A stretch of DNA of 64,000 nucleotides. It comes from Selaginella moellendorffii (lineage: Eukaryota > Plantae > Lycopodiophyta). Shown piece by piece: positions 36,004 to 47,800 of this stretch. The notes under the pieces are model-generated. The model was not told where the DNA came from and ran no database searches. It saw nothing but the letters and a program-made list of their open reading frames with translations. Position numbers and translations under genes: made by a program. The stretch's first letter is position 1, and the number at the start of each line of letters is the position of its first letter. The DNA lies in the NCBI RefSeq assembly GCF_000143415.4, contig NW_003314294.1, positions 909,442 through 973,441 on the forward strand, written 5' to 3'.

Positions 36004-36597
36004 TAGGACAAGCTTTACTTTATCACGATCACAAAGAACAACACCAGATCGCTCAAGTGTGTCAACGTGTGGGATTCACACGGCAAGGTGGCGACTTTGG
36101 CAACGTGGACGAGTCTTCCCATGGGCTTGCATCAAGAAACATACAATGGATGCCGGAATAATAACTCCTCACTTGTTTACTGCGCGGGTAAGTTTCTTCT
36201 TTTTCTTTTGTGATTTCTACATGTTTGTGATTACTGAGTTTCAGGAAAGCTGGTGCTTGCAAACTTGATTCCAGACAGTGTCGATACACAAACCCAAGTT
36301 GGTTTTGTCTATCTGGATGAAGCATCCAGACAGTGGCAACCCTTGGCAACTATGCCTAGAGAGATTATGCCGGCAGAGCTTAGAAAAGTTGGGCTGCGAG
36401 CAGGCAATATGCATGAGTGGAGTTTGATAGTGGCGGGAGGGGAGACCGAGATCACCTTGTTCATAACTCACTTAACTTTCGGTTGGGGTTGCATTTACAG
36501 TAAAGAAACCGGTATCTGGCGACCAGCTTGTGGCCTAAGGTCCGAAGGTGGTATGCTGTATCCTTTCAAGCCATCATTCCATCCAGTCTCCATTTAG
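36004..36597 (+). pseudogene. Probable C-terminal fragment of an F-box/kelch-type gene (also at 50896-51471)
   Basis: A GTAAG...TTTCAG intron is followed by YLDEASRQWQPLATMPRE...YSKETGIW...YPFKPSF-stop, resembling plant F-box C-termini. No 5' part is present. Confidence 0.45.
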
Positions 36598-37851
36598 TTA
36601 GAATCATCATACTCCCATTTAAAGGTGTCATGTAATTTAAGAATGAGTATGGGAGGTGAAGAAAATTTATAAAAACTTTTTTTCCAAACGAATATCCTAA
36701 ATAAATATTTATTTTTTAATACAACAATTTTTTTTCCAAGTTTTATTGTGAGAACATTCAACACAACAGCTTCCCAAATTCACGAAGGTAATTGCCCAGA
36801 TATTTCATGTCATTAAACAAAACTCCACGACCTTGCAAAAGTTCTCTTACAACCATCTTGCGACGGGCAGCCTCCAATTCATCTTCAAACGGATCTGATC
36901 GTAAGGTTCTGGCTTGGCATAGAGCAAGTTCATTTCTTATCCCAGGTTTGTTCTTACCACCTTTTCTTGAAGAATGGATTTAAATCCAGAGCGACACTCA
37001 CACTGGGCTGAAATTTGGTATTGATTTCTGTTAGAAATATTATCTATCAAAACACACCCGATTATCAATCTCTACCAGGTAGGTACATGGCTTTTTATTT
37101 TTCTGGTACTGGTCACTTTTTCCTTCCATATCAGCCAGCTGGAGTTGTGGCTATAGAACGTATTGTGCTGAGAGAAATCTGCAGAATGCCAATGAAGTTA
37201 TACAGCGTTTGCCATGGACAGTTCGATCATTAAGCTTGGGAAAGCTTGGGAAATACATTTTTCTAGGATGGAGTGGTTTTGCGCTGCTCTTTGTGTTTGC
37301 GTTGGAGAAAAAATTTTATGGGATGCCTCTGGTGGAACCAAAGAGGATCTCTGCCAAAGAAGGAGATTTCGGAAGAGTCATTAGTGAGAGACATTATCAA
37401 ACTCAGTATCAGCCCAGCAGCACCATTGCTGGCATTTGAGTGCTCCTAAACCAAAACCAGAGCCTGGTTTAGGCTCCACCACGGTAACCATCCCGACAAG
37501 ACCACCTTCGGGCACGAATTTTATCGGAAGCACAGCTTGAGAAGCAAGGGTCTTGATTTATTCTGGCGTGCTGATCTTGGTAGCATTTGTTCGATTGGCC
37601 TTAAAAGAATTTGAGGTCCGAACAAATCAAGAGACCTCTGGAAGTTTGGCAGTGCTCATATTATTGTTTCATCGTGTTCTTGTGTGAGATGGCAAAGTAT
37701 ACAACACTCATATTCGTCGTGCTTTACTACATGCTTGGGTACTCTTGACAAACTGGCTACTTTCTTCGGGTTACGTTCTTCACCACCTTTCCTATCTAAG
37801 ACTAATAAGACTACAAGCTCTCTTTGATTAACATACCTGACCAACATCCTT

Positions 37852-39443
37852 TTACAATTTGGACACGTCGGGTATCCAAAACGCTAAAACATACGAGGCA
37901 GTCGCAAACATGAGCCTTCGCGGAGGCCATTTCACCACGGCAGGAATTCCAGCGTTGTTCGTCCAGCACGCTACCTGGAATTCAATCAAAATAAGTCTTT
38001 TTTTTCCTCTTTTTTAGCACGAGAATTTCTCTCACCTCTGCACCGCTTAAGGAGCTCCATATTCTCAAACTTCCATCCCCGGCCGTGTTACGAACACGGC
38101 CGGGATCCCGGCCGTGTTCACCGTGTTTCACGAACACGGCCATGGGTCGTGTTCCCACGGCCGTGTTCGTGAACAGTGGTCCGTGTTAGTAACACGGACC
38201 ACTGTTCAGAATATTCTCGCGCGGAATATTCTGGTTTTAGGGCGCACGCATATTCCTATAATAATATAATAAGAAATAGAATATAATTTTTAAATAACAT
38301 ATTCTTAGAATATTCAGTAGAATATTCGTGAGCCATTGTGGGCCGTGATCGTGTTCCGTGTTCGGGTTCCTGAAATCTGAGGCTCGTGTTCCGTGTTTGT
38401 GTTCGTAACTATTCCCTGGAGCCTGAGATTCAATACTTATAGCTATCAGGAACTGATACAAACGAATGTTACCTGAGATAACATAGCGACCGTCTGGACT
38501 GAACGATGCTTCCAACGTTTCTCCGTCTCGACTGGGCTTGAGCGTGAATCCATGCATCTGGGAAGGAGCTCTCGGTATAGACTTAACGAGCGAGAGAGAA
38601 GTTTACCTTCTTTCCAGAGTAGGCATCAAGCAAATACACCCGGCTGTTTGTTGTGGAGAGAAGCATCATTTTACCATCGTTGCTAAACTTCATGCCAGCG
38701 ACTTCCGCGGTATCACCACCCACGAGAAAAGTGTCAAAAGGTCCCTGAAGCATTCGTTCGGACTTTCATAAAATTATTGGAGAATCAATCACATCTTACC
38801 TTGTCGAAAGACCTTCCGTCAAACAGCTTGATTGCTCCGCCTTCCATGGCAACAGCAAATACCAGGCCTTGTTGATCATACGCCACAGACAGTCTTCCCC
38901 GGACTCTAAGAAGACCCTTAAATCATGGAAATGCTCTAGCCAAAGTTCTGGAAGAAAACGCAAGAAAAGAGTTTCGTTCTTTGGAGACATACATAGTGAT
39001 ACAACCCTGTGAGCAAAAGAAATAAAATAAGCATGGCCTTGGGTTGCTCCAAAGACTCACCTTTGCGTGTGTCCTCTGAAATATCGTAGAAATCTATTAT
39101 CATACAACGATAGATACCGCAAGGACTCTGGAAACAAAGAAAGAACCTCAAACACACGAAAAAACGTTCTCTCTTACCATCACTTCCATTGCTGGAGGAA
39201 AAAATCACAGCATTGGTGTGATGCGTGAAACATATGTGATCCACGCCATATCTTGCACTGTAGAGAGTATTCATGGGCCTGGATGGAGCAAAGAAAAGGA
39301 AACTTGAAACCTCCCAAGAACTCGGGGGAAAAAATCACCTACGTCGCAGTGGCAGTATCGTAGAGCCGAATGGACGCGTCCTCCGCGGCAGTCACCACGA
39401 GATCCTCCGTGCGATGAAAATCCAAGGAGCTGATCTTCCCCCA
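37852..39443 (-). pseudogene. WDR82/Swd2 (APRF1-like) WD40 gene, copy A: lacks exon 1, has an exonic MITE insertion and a ~75-bp deletion at about 38971
   Basis: [61 protein letters not shown]-stop; lesions relative to copy B. Confidence 0.85.
38083..38413. mobile_element. MITE / non-autonomous TIR DNA transposon (hAT-like termini), 331 bp
   Basis: TIR core GTTACGAACAC...GTGTTCGTAAC, many subterminal CCGTGTT repeats and an AT-rich centre. Degenerate target duplication (T)CCCCGG/(T)CCCTGG. Absent from the paralogous site at about 52920. Confidence 0.85.
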
Positions 39444-39445
39444 CT

Positions 39446-39633
39446 GTGGGACAAGATTGCTCCTGTAAGTTGATGAAAGACTTTCCATGTTTTGTTCACT
39501 CGAACGATGTAAACCGTGTGACTTGCAGGAACTTCGCACTGACGAGCAGGGCATTGCAAATTACCAAGGTCTTCCCTTCCAAACCTCTAAAGGACCATGC
39601 AAATCAGCAATCGTCAATGGATCAATCAAATGA
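39446..39633 (+). pseudogene. Orphan 3' fragment of the Arc1p-like gene (unit B)
   Basis: Copy of 7602-7789. Confidence 0.9.
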
Positions 39634-39717
39634 GAGCGCAAAGGTGATCCATATTTCGTGAGGAAAAAATATTCTATATACTTTATAATAGATCAAACTT
39701 TTCAACTATAGATTGGT

Positions 39718-42281
39718 TTATCTGGGACCAGACGGCTGGTGTGCTACCATGGCCACACTGACGCTACCACCAAGATGGTTAGTCGAAGAGAACCGAAGAA
39801 CTCCCGCAGAACTCAACGCAAACCGGAAGAAGAGAGGCGGCTCCAAAATCTCCTTTCGACCTTCGAGCATCTGGACGACTGTATCCATCGGGGGTCTTTG
39901 GCTGGGATTATCCTGGATGCACCACAGAGCTACCTGGAGCATACTTTTCACCTCGTCCTCGTCCACACTATCTCGGATCCTTGTATCCACGACTTTGAGA
40001 AACTCTCTCTTGGAGACTCGAGCTACGACCCAGGCCGGGAAGTACCACCACAAAGCTTGTTCCCCCTCGTCCATTGGAGCTTCACGACAGTCTTCTCCAC
40101 CATGGCCGCCAAGCTTGGACAAGTTCCTTCGTCCACCTATGAGCTCCAGCAGCACCATACCATAGCTGTAGACGTCGCATTTCTTCGTGGCTACCGAATG
40201 TAAGAGCCACTCCGGGGCGAGATATCCTGGAGTACCTCGAACATCAGTCACGGTCTGGCTTACATCCCGAGTCTTGAGCAGCTTCGCCATGCCGAAATCG
40301 GAGAGCTTGGGACGAAACTTATCGTCTAGAAGGACGTTCTCGGGCTTGATGTCGAGATGGATAATCAGCTGCCGCGATTCCTCGTGCAAGTAAGCCAGGC
40401 CTTGAGCTACTCCCAAGGCAATATCGCGGCGGCTCTGCCAGTCCAAGCATCGATCTTCGAACAGCCACTTATCCAAGGATCCATTCACCACGTACTCGTA
40501 GACGAGCATGAGCTGGTTCTTCTCGGAGCAAAAGCCATAGAGCTGGACAACGTTGTGGTGGCTTATCCGTCCCAGCGAGGCCATCTCCGCCAGAAATCCC
40601 CTGTCACTCTGGTTCCGGTTCTCCAGGCGCTTGACCGCCACCTTTCTCCCGTCCGCCAGAGTCCCTTCATAGACGGTTCCAAAGCCGCCTTTACCAAGGC
40701 TCGAAGCGAAGTTCCCAGTCGCCACCTCCAGCTCCTTGTATGTATACTTCTGAGCCGAGCCTTGCAGTGCCAGAGCCAAAGCACGCTCAACTTTGTCAAG
40801 CCTGTGCTTCCAGATCATCAGCACGACCAAGCCGAGAGCTGATAGCAGGACCACGCTCGCAGCAATGCTGACTCCAAGCAAAACGGTGCGATCCTTGGGC
40901 TTCTTCCGCACGAAAAGCTCTGCGTTTTGCAGCTTGAGGAAGCCATCGAAGTTGGGATCCCTGGTGAGGCCTCCATACATCCGGTCGACGAAGAAACAGG
41001 TGCTCGACCGCTTGTTGAAGAAGAGTGCGCTGCAGGAGCAATTCGCTAGGCACAAGCTCCAGCACTCGCTCAAAGTGGAAACTCTGTCGGCCTTGGTGTA
41101 ATTGTTGGAGAAGTAGCCTGCTCCACTCACGTTGAGAAAGTGGTGGTTCTCGGCCTCGACTTCGTGGTTGCAAACGAGAGGTATGCTGCTCGGACTTGGG
41201 CAAGTTTGCTCCTGATGGCCACTCTGGTCTTACAGCTGCACTGAGCGTTCCCAGAGCAAACGCTGTTCGACTCGCATGCCATCGGGAGGCAAACGCTGTT
41301 CGATTCGCATGCCATCGGGAGGCAACCTCCAAGTCTGTTCCTCATGAACGGCGGACCCTGTTCCCACGAAGCTCGTCCAGAGTTGTAGGTGTAAGGAACC
41401 AGCTTCCCATCGATTTCAAGTTTGAGATACTGCCGGTCATCGCTGCTGTTCCCGAGTACTGCTGTGAGAGGAGCGCTGCAGAGCTGGGAAGGGTTGCTCG
41501 TCGATGGCTGGTACGATAGTATCAGTTGGCCAGCGGAATACTCGAGCTCTGTGTGATAAGTCGGGCATGGTGCGTTGATGGAAGTCTCGTCCATTGGCAA
41601 GTTTCCATTGTATAAGTTCCAAACCAAGTAAGGCTGTCTTGTGTGCCGGTTGAGGAAAAAGATGAGACCGCTCGGCTCAACTTCCATCTTGATGTTCCCG
41701 CTAGCAAGACTTGATGAATTGGCGCTGCTGATAAGTCTCTGCTTAGTTACCATGACTTGTCCTTCTAAAAGGATATCTGTAGGATGGTCGAAGCTCTGCC
41801 AGGAGATCCCACCCGTGGAGTTGTAGAGGACAAAGTTCCCAGTGTCTCGAAGCTCCATCTCAGAAACTCCACCAGGAGAACTCCATACAACCTTCCCATC
41901 CCAATCGGCAACTTCCAGAGCTCCCTGACCGGTCACACGAACGGTAGCATTTTCTGTCACAGGACAGTCCCGGTTTGCAGCCCAGACGCAGACGCCAGAG
42001 TTCGTGTTGTTGCTGGAGCCAAGAACCAAAGCAAAGTAGAACTCGGCCGAGTTGTGGAATCGAAAGAAAGACAAGCCAAATCTTCCGCTCTGGCTCATGA
42101 GAGGACTGTCACCTGCTCGGAGCAGCCGATAACTGGCATTGGCCTGTGATCCTTGCAATTCCAGAAGCTGATTGTTGTTCGTTACTTCCCAGCCGTGTGA
42201 TAGACTGTAGTTCCTGCCGTGCACACGAAAGAGAATTGTCATCAGCTGAAAGAAAGCGACCAAAAAAATCTTCATAGCCAT
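39718..42281 (-). pseudogene. RLK1 copy B, frameshifted by a 7-bp deletion at about 41231; could encode a secreted 384-aa lectin ectodomain
   Basis: GGTCTT[GGACTAT]ACAG is missing relative to copies A and C, giving split ORFs 41127-42281 and 39718-41130. Confidence 0.9.
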
Positions 42282-42519
42282 GAACCATGAAGCAGAATGC
42301 GCTAGCTATTTTTGTATCTATAGAACGGGAGCGGTCCATTCACTTGACTCATTCATATTCATACTTCTTCCACTTATTCCAGTCTCGAGTACCAACTGTT
42401 ACCGAAAGTTTGATTAGTCTTTGCTTGAAAAGAAGTCTAGTCTTCAAGACTTTTCCAAGTCTTGAAAGTAAGGACTTACGTCTCGTATAAGCAGGTGTTC
42501 TCAATGCAGAACGGCAGCA

Positions 42520-44377
42520 ATGCAAAAGCAAAAGGTTTCACAGGTTGCTAAGGCGTTGTTCCTGGAACTAATAATGCTCCTCACAGTTACTTCTGAAGGG
42601 AAGTTGTACACGATACCTGATAAATGGCGCATTTTCATGAACAACAGTCTCCCAGAATTCCAAGGCGGTGGCAGATCCGGGAGTTATCGCCTGGTGAGTG
42701 CTCTTCCAAAGGATAACCCTTCTAGCCGGCCAGAATCTCTACGCAGCGACGATGAAAACTTGGGCTTAGCATTCCTCAACTTCAATGGATCAAACAAGTA
42801 TTACCTGGCACTGATGTTTGGCACTCGCAACTCTTCCACAGCAGCTCCCGTCTGGATAGCCAACCGGAACGCTCCAGTGTCAGGAAATTCAATGCTCGCT
42901 AAAACAGGTGGTCGCTTACAGCTCCTGGATGCAAATGGTTCCGTGGCATGGTCTCCAAACGAAAGCGTTGCCTATATCGGCATTCAGAATTCCGGGAACT
43001 TGCAGCTCTTCGATGAATCTGAGACCCCGGTATGGAGTTCCTTTGATCGCCCATGGAGCGCACTGATGCCAAACCAGAAGCTAGTAACTGGACAGTCAGT
43101 TGTGAGTAACAAAAACGCCTCAGACCCCAGCGAAGGCTCGTATATCGCAGAGATACAGGCCAGTGGATCAGTCGGATACATGAGCATCGATTCCAAGAAA
43201 AAGCAGCCTTACATGTTGTGGAGCTTCGTCGGATCACAAATTGGCTCGCCCAGTGTAAACTGCCCAGGATATCGAACTGCTCTTTCATTCACGCCAGCAG
43301 GAGAAATGAGCATGGTATACGAACCTATTCGTGTTGGTGGTAACGAACAGCCGTGTGGCTCTCCACTGTCCGGGGAAATATTCCCAGGGAACACCACAAT
43401 GAGGTATTTCCAGCTTGCCGATGATGGGACCATGGTTTCATACAGGCGAGAGTTGGCAAATGGAAGCTGGGAGCTCGATAGCACGAGTCAGTTCTTTCCA
43501 CCGCCAGCGCCATGCGGGAGCTATGGGCTGCTCGAGAAAGGAAAGCAGTGTCAGTGCCTGACCAACGAAGCAAACAACTCTACTACCTCAGCACTTGGAA
43601 GTTGTGCCCAGCCAGAATGGTCTTCTCTTGCAAACTGCAGCTCCAGGTACGAGACCGACTTTGTAACACTCGCAGGTGCATCGTACTTCGCCAACACTTT
43701 CAACCCTCCCGATAGAACAGGCGCTGCAATGCAAGATTGCCTCGAGCAATGCAAATCCACTTGCTCCTGTGCGGCGTTCTTTTTCGACCAGGCGCTCCAG
43801 AATTGCTTTTTCATAGAAGACGTCCTGGGAAGCTTGACGGTAGACTCGAACAAGACTCAGCAACTGTTCGGCTTTCTGAAGTACCAGAATTACTCCAGGT
43901 TAGTGCCTGTTGACAACTCATCGTCAGACACTCCAAAGCTCCTAGTGATCGGAATTACCTCTGGAGGAGCTGCTGTAGCCATTGTAACTTTTGCGTTGCT
44001 TTTCACGATCCTGCATCGAAGGAGGGTCATGCTCGACGAACTAAACAGTTTCCTTAAACGCTCTGGGAAACATAAGCCACATCAACATTGTCAAACTCTA
44101 TGGCTTCTGTGCCGATGCTTCACACAGGCTGCTCGTCTACGAGCTCATGCCCAATGGTTCCTTGGACAGATGGATTTTCTCCGACAACAAGAACAAACTA
44201 GACTGGAAACGCTATGGAATGGTGCTCCTGGAGCTCATTGGCGGCAGGAAAAATCTAGACTGCTCTAAGATGGAGTCGCCACTGAGTTGGTATTTCCCAG
44301 CCTGGGCCATGAGCGAAATCCGGAAAGGGAACACGATGCAAGTGGTGGATCCGAACGTCAAGGACTCGGCAGACACA
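42520..44377 (+). pseudogene. RLK2 copy B: intact ectodomain and TM, kinase destroyed by three deletions (582-aa ORF 42520-44268)
   Basis: Deletions relative to copy A at about 44057 (~190 bp, frameshift), 44210 (267 bp, removes HLD/DFG/APE) and 44377 (325 bp). Confidence 0.9.
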
Positions 44378-44837
44378 CCTTTGCTCGTTTTTCTTTCCAA
44401 TCTCTAGCCACGACATTCCATTCTTGAAAAGAACCTCCAAATCTGATAAAAAAAAACTAGGAGATTAAAAAAAACACTTTTGTGCATAATTCTTACTTGA
44501 GAACGTTCCGAATTTAACAGATACATTAGTGAACCAGCTCGCACAAATTCTCCTGGGATCGCTCGGCTTGTTGGCATGCACCACAGCTCCAAACTTGGCT
44601 CCGACCGAATAAGCTTTCCGCAAAAAAGTCTCTTTTCATGTCAAGCTCAAGTTCTGGGAATCAAAAACCATAATCCATTTGCCCACGGTCAGAAAGGTAA
44701 GGTTTCCATGCGTACCTAGCATTGTACAGTCCATAGCTGTTGTTCTTTATTACATGCTTGGGTACTCTTGGCAAACTGGATACTTTCTTCCAGTTCCATT
44801 CTTCACCACCTTTCCTGTCCAAGACTAAGACCACAAG

Positions 44838-47800
44838 TGATAATGATCTGAGGAGACGAGGGTACATGGTCATGGCCGAGGACTAATCTGGCGCAGTAGA
44901 GCGCGGGACTCAGACTCACTCTGTCTCTCATGCGCGAGTGCACAATAGCTGCGCCAGCACCTCACGACCGCTCCTGTTTCTCCTGCAACTGTAAACGGTT
45001 GCAATTGAGAGCAAACTTATCCTTGGACGAGACTTGGTCAGCATATCAGCAAGCTGCTCGGTGGTCGAGCAAAATTGGAGGACAATAATGCCCTGCTGGA
45101 CCTGCTCTCGGACATAGTGATAACGGAGTTGAATGTGCTTTGTCATGGAACTTTGATGTAGCTGAAAGAGCAATAGCGCTAATGTTGTCACAAAATAGCA
45201 TCGTGGGCTGAACAAGAAAATGTCCAAGCTCTGTGAGCAATAAGCGAATCCAGACAGCCTCTTTGCGCGCTGAGCACGCAGAAATATATTCGGCTTCAGT
45301 AGACGACAGAGTTGTGATGCTCTGTTTCTTGCTCCTCTAAGTCAAAGTTGAGGCACCGAGAATAAAAACGTAGGCGGATGTAGATTTGCGGGTGTCTTTG
45401 TCACCAGCCCAATCTGAGTCGCAGTAGCCGCGCAAGTGGAATTGCTCATCTGATGTAAGCGCCAAGGATTTGGTACCTTTCAAGTAACAAAAGATGCGCT
45501 TATCCGCTGCCCAGTGAGCTAATCCGGGATTTTCAGAAAATTTCGCCACGACTCCCACTGCATGCGAAAAATCTGGGCGGGTACAAATAACAAGATAAAT
45601 CAGACTACCAACAGCTGCACAATACGGAATCCTCTCCATGGAATTGCTCTCAGCTTCAGTGGTTGGAGACTGAGGTTTAGAAAGCTGAAGATTAAGCTCC
45701 ATAGGTGTGGAAACTGGAGTACTGTCGTGCATATTAAAGCGTTTGAGAATTTCGTCCACATAGCGCTGCTGAGAAAGATGAATAGTTCCACGGGACCGTT
45801 CTCGAATAATATTAAGACCAAGACAAAACTTAATATCTCCAAGATCGTCCATCTCAAATTGAGAAGAGAGCTGCTCTTTGATCTTATGTAGAAAAGAAAG
45901 ACAATTTGCTAGTAAGATCAAATCGTCGACATATAACGCAATAAGGACCATCATATTTTCAACATGTTTCTGGTACACGTTCTGATCAGCAGCATTTCTT
46001 GAAAATCCAATAGAAATGAGAAATTGGTCCATTTTGTCGAACCAAGCTTTAGGAGACTGTTTAAGACCATATAAAGCTTTCTTGAGGCGACAAACCATCC
46101 CGGGCTGCTTCTGATAACCCTCTGGTTGCTGGATGGAAATTTCTTCAGTAAGATCTCCATGCAAAAATGCTGTACGAACATCCATTTGATGCACCTCGAG
46201 ATCATATTGAGCTGCTAAAGCTAGCAAAGCTCGAATAGAGGCCATGCGTACCACAGGTGAGTAAATCTCGGTAAAATCAAGGCCTGGGATTTGTGTAAAT
46301 CCACGAGTCACATACCTCGCTTTAAACCGAACGACCTGATTGGCGGCATTCCTCTTAACTCGAAATAGCCATTTTGTTGAGACCACCTGGCGGTCAGCTG
46401 GCTTTGAAACGAGCGTCCCGTTCTTTTGAAGCGAGAGATACTCAGAATCCATAGCAGCTCGCCACTCCACAGCATGAGGACCTGTGAGCGCTTCAGTCAC
46501 CGTTCTTGGCTCAGGAACATCGTTAGAACCAGCAAAATAAAAACGACTTGACCGCGACCTGAAAAAGTGTTGACTTTTTCAGGTGGAATGGAAAAAGTGA
46601 GATGGAAAAAGTGGCCGGGCAGAACGAGAATAGCCGACAGGGTAGAACCAGGCCGCTCAACTTCTGGGACAAGATCTAGCTCTGGTGACTCAGGTGGCGG
46701 AAAGGGTGGGGTTGATGTTTGCTCCGGTGGAAGCGACTGCGGATGAAGAGGCGGTGGAGGATTGAGTGGTGGTGGAGGAGGTTGTTGAGCTGCTGGTGGA
46801 GCTCCCACTGAAGCTGGAAGCACCGGAACTTCTTCCACAAGTCGCCAAGTTGAAGGAGTTGGAGTGGAAGTCTCTTTACATGGAAAGATATCTTCAAAAA
46901 CCTTCACATCACGTGCTGGAAAAAACTGCCAGTCGCAAGCTTCAGCAATCGAGCAAGGTTCTTGGCATAAGCTAAGCAAGCAACCGAATACTCGAAAGTG
47001 TGCAACGGATGGCTTCTTTCCAGTCCATAATTCTTCTGGAGTGATATTAGAAAGAGTAGATGTTGGAAGACGATTGTGAAGATAAGGAGCGGTAACAATA
47101 GCCTCTCCCCAAAAAGATTTTGGACAACCAGCGCCAAGGAGTATTGCACGAGTAGATTCGACCAACGTGCGGTTCATGCGTTCTGCTGCTCCATTCTGCT
47201 ATGGCGTCCCTGGAACGGTGAATTGCTGAACAATTCCACAATAGTTTTGAAATTTCTTGGAAACATACTCACCGCCATTATCAGACCTCAGGATTTTGAG
47301 GGATTTGCCAGTCTGCTGAAAATCCACGAAGAGGGAAAACACTTCACTTTTACGAGACATAACTCTCACTTCCACTCGCCTGGAATAATCGTCTATAAAT
47401 GTGACAAAATATGTGTTGCCACCAAGAGAAGCAATTGGCATAGAACCAACATCAGAGTGAACTAGTCCAAGGAGATCAGCTGCTCGTTCATGAGAATTCT
47501 TCGGAAATGGTGCACGATGAAGCTTGCCTTGAATACACGGCTCACAAAAATCCAAAGGCTCCACTATATCCAGGTCACAAGCTGCAACAAGCTACTGCTT
47601 AACAATGCTGATGCACATGGCCAAAGCGTCGATGCCAGAGTTGCATCTTAGATTCCTTGGCCATAAATATACGAGGAGGAGGCACTAAAATAGCATCAAG
47701 CTTGTAAATATCAGCATACCTGATTGCCTTGACCCCATCAAGAGAAAAAATAATGCCTCGTTGATCTCCATAAAATTGACTAATAATCAGACTACAGAGT

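Larger units (their letters stand above)
7602..39445. repeat. Segmental duplication unit A (inflated by the 16.2-kb LTR array and a MITE)
   Basis: Sequence from GTGGGACAAGATTGCTCC at 7602 recurs at 39446 and 54028 with the same gene order. Confidence 0.9.

Noticed and set aside
36780-37850. Small ORFs between the F-box fragment and WDR82 (also 51630-52690)
   Set aside because: No recognisable motif, and stops or indels differ between copies; it may be a decayed gene but cannot be supported.
45337-46500. 387-aa RT ORF as evidence of an active Copia
   Set aside because: Surrounding integrase, RNaseH, gag, PBS and LTRs have frameshifts or deletions, and the protease region appears disrupted.
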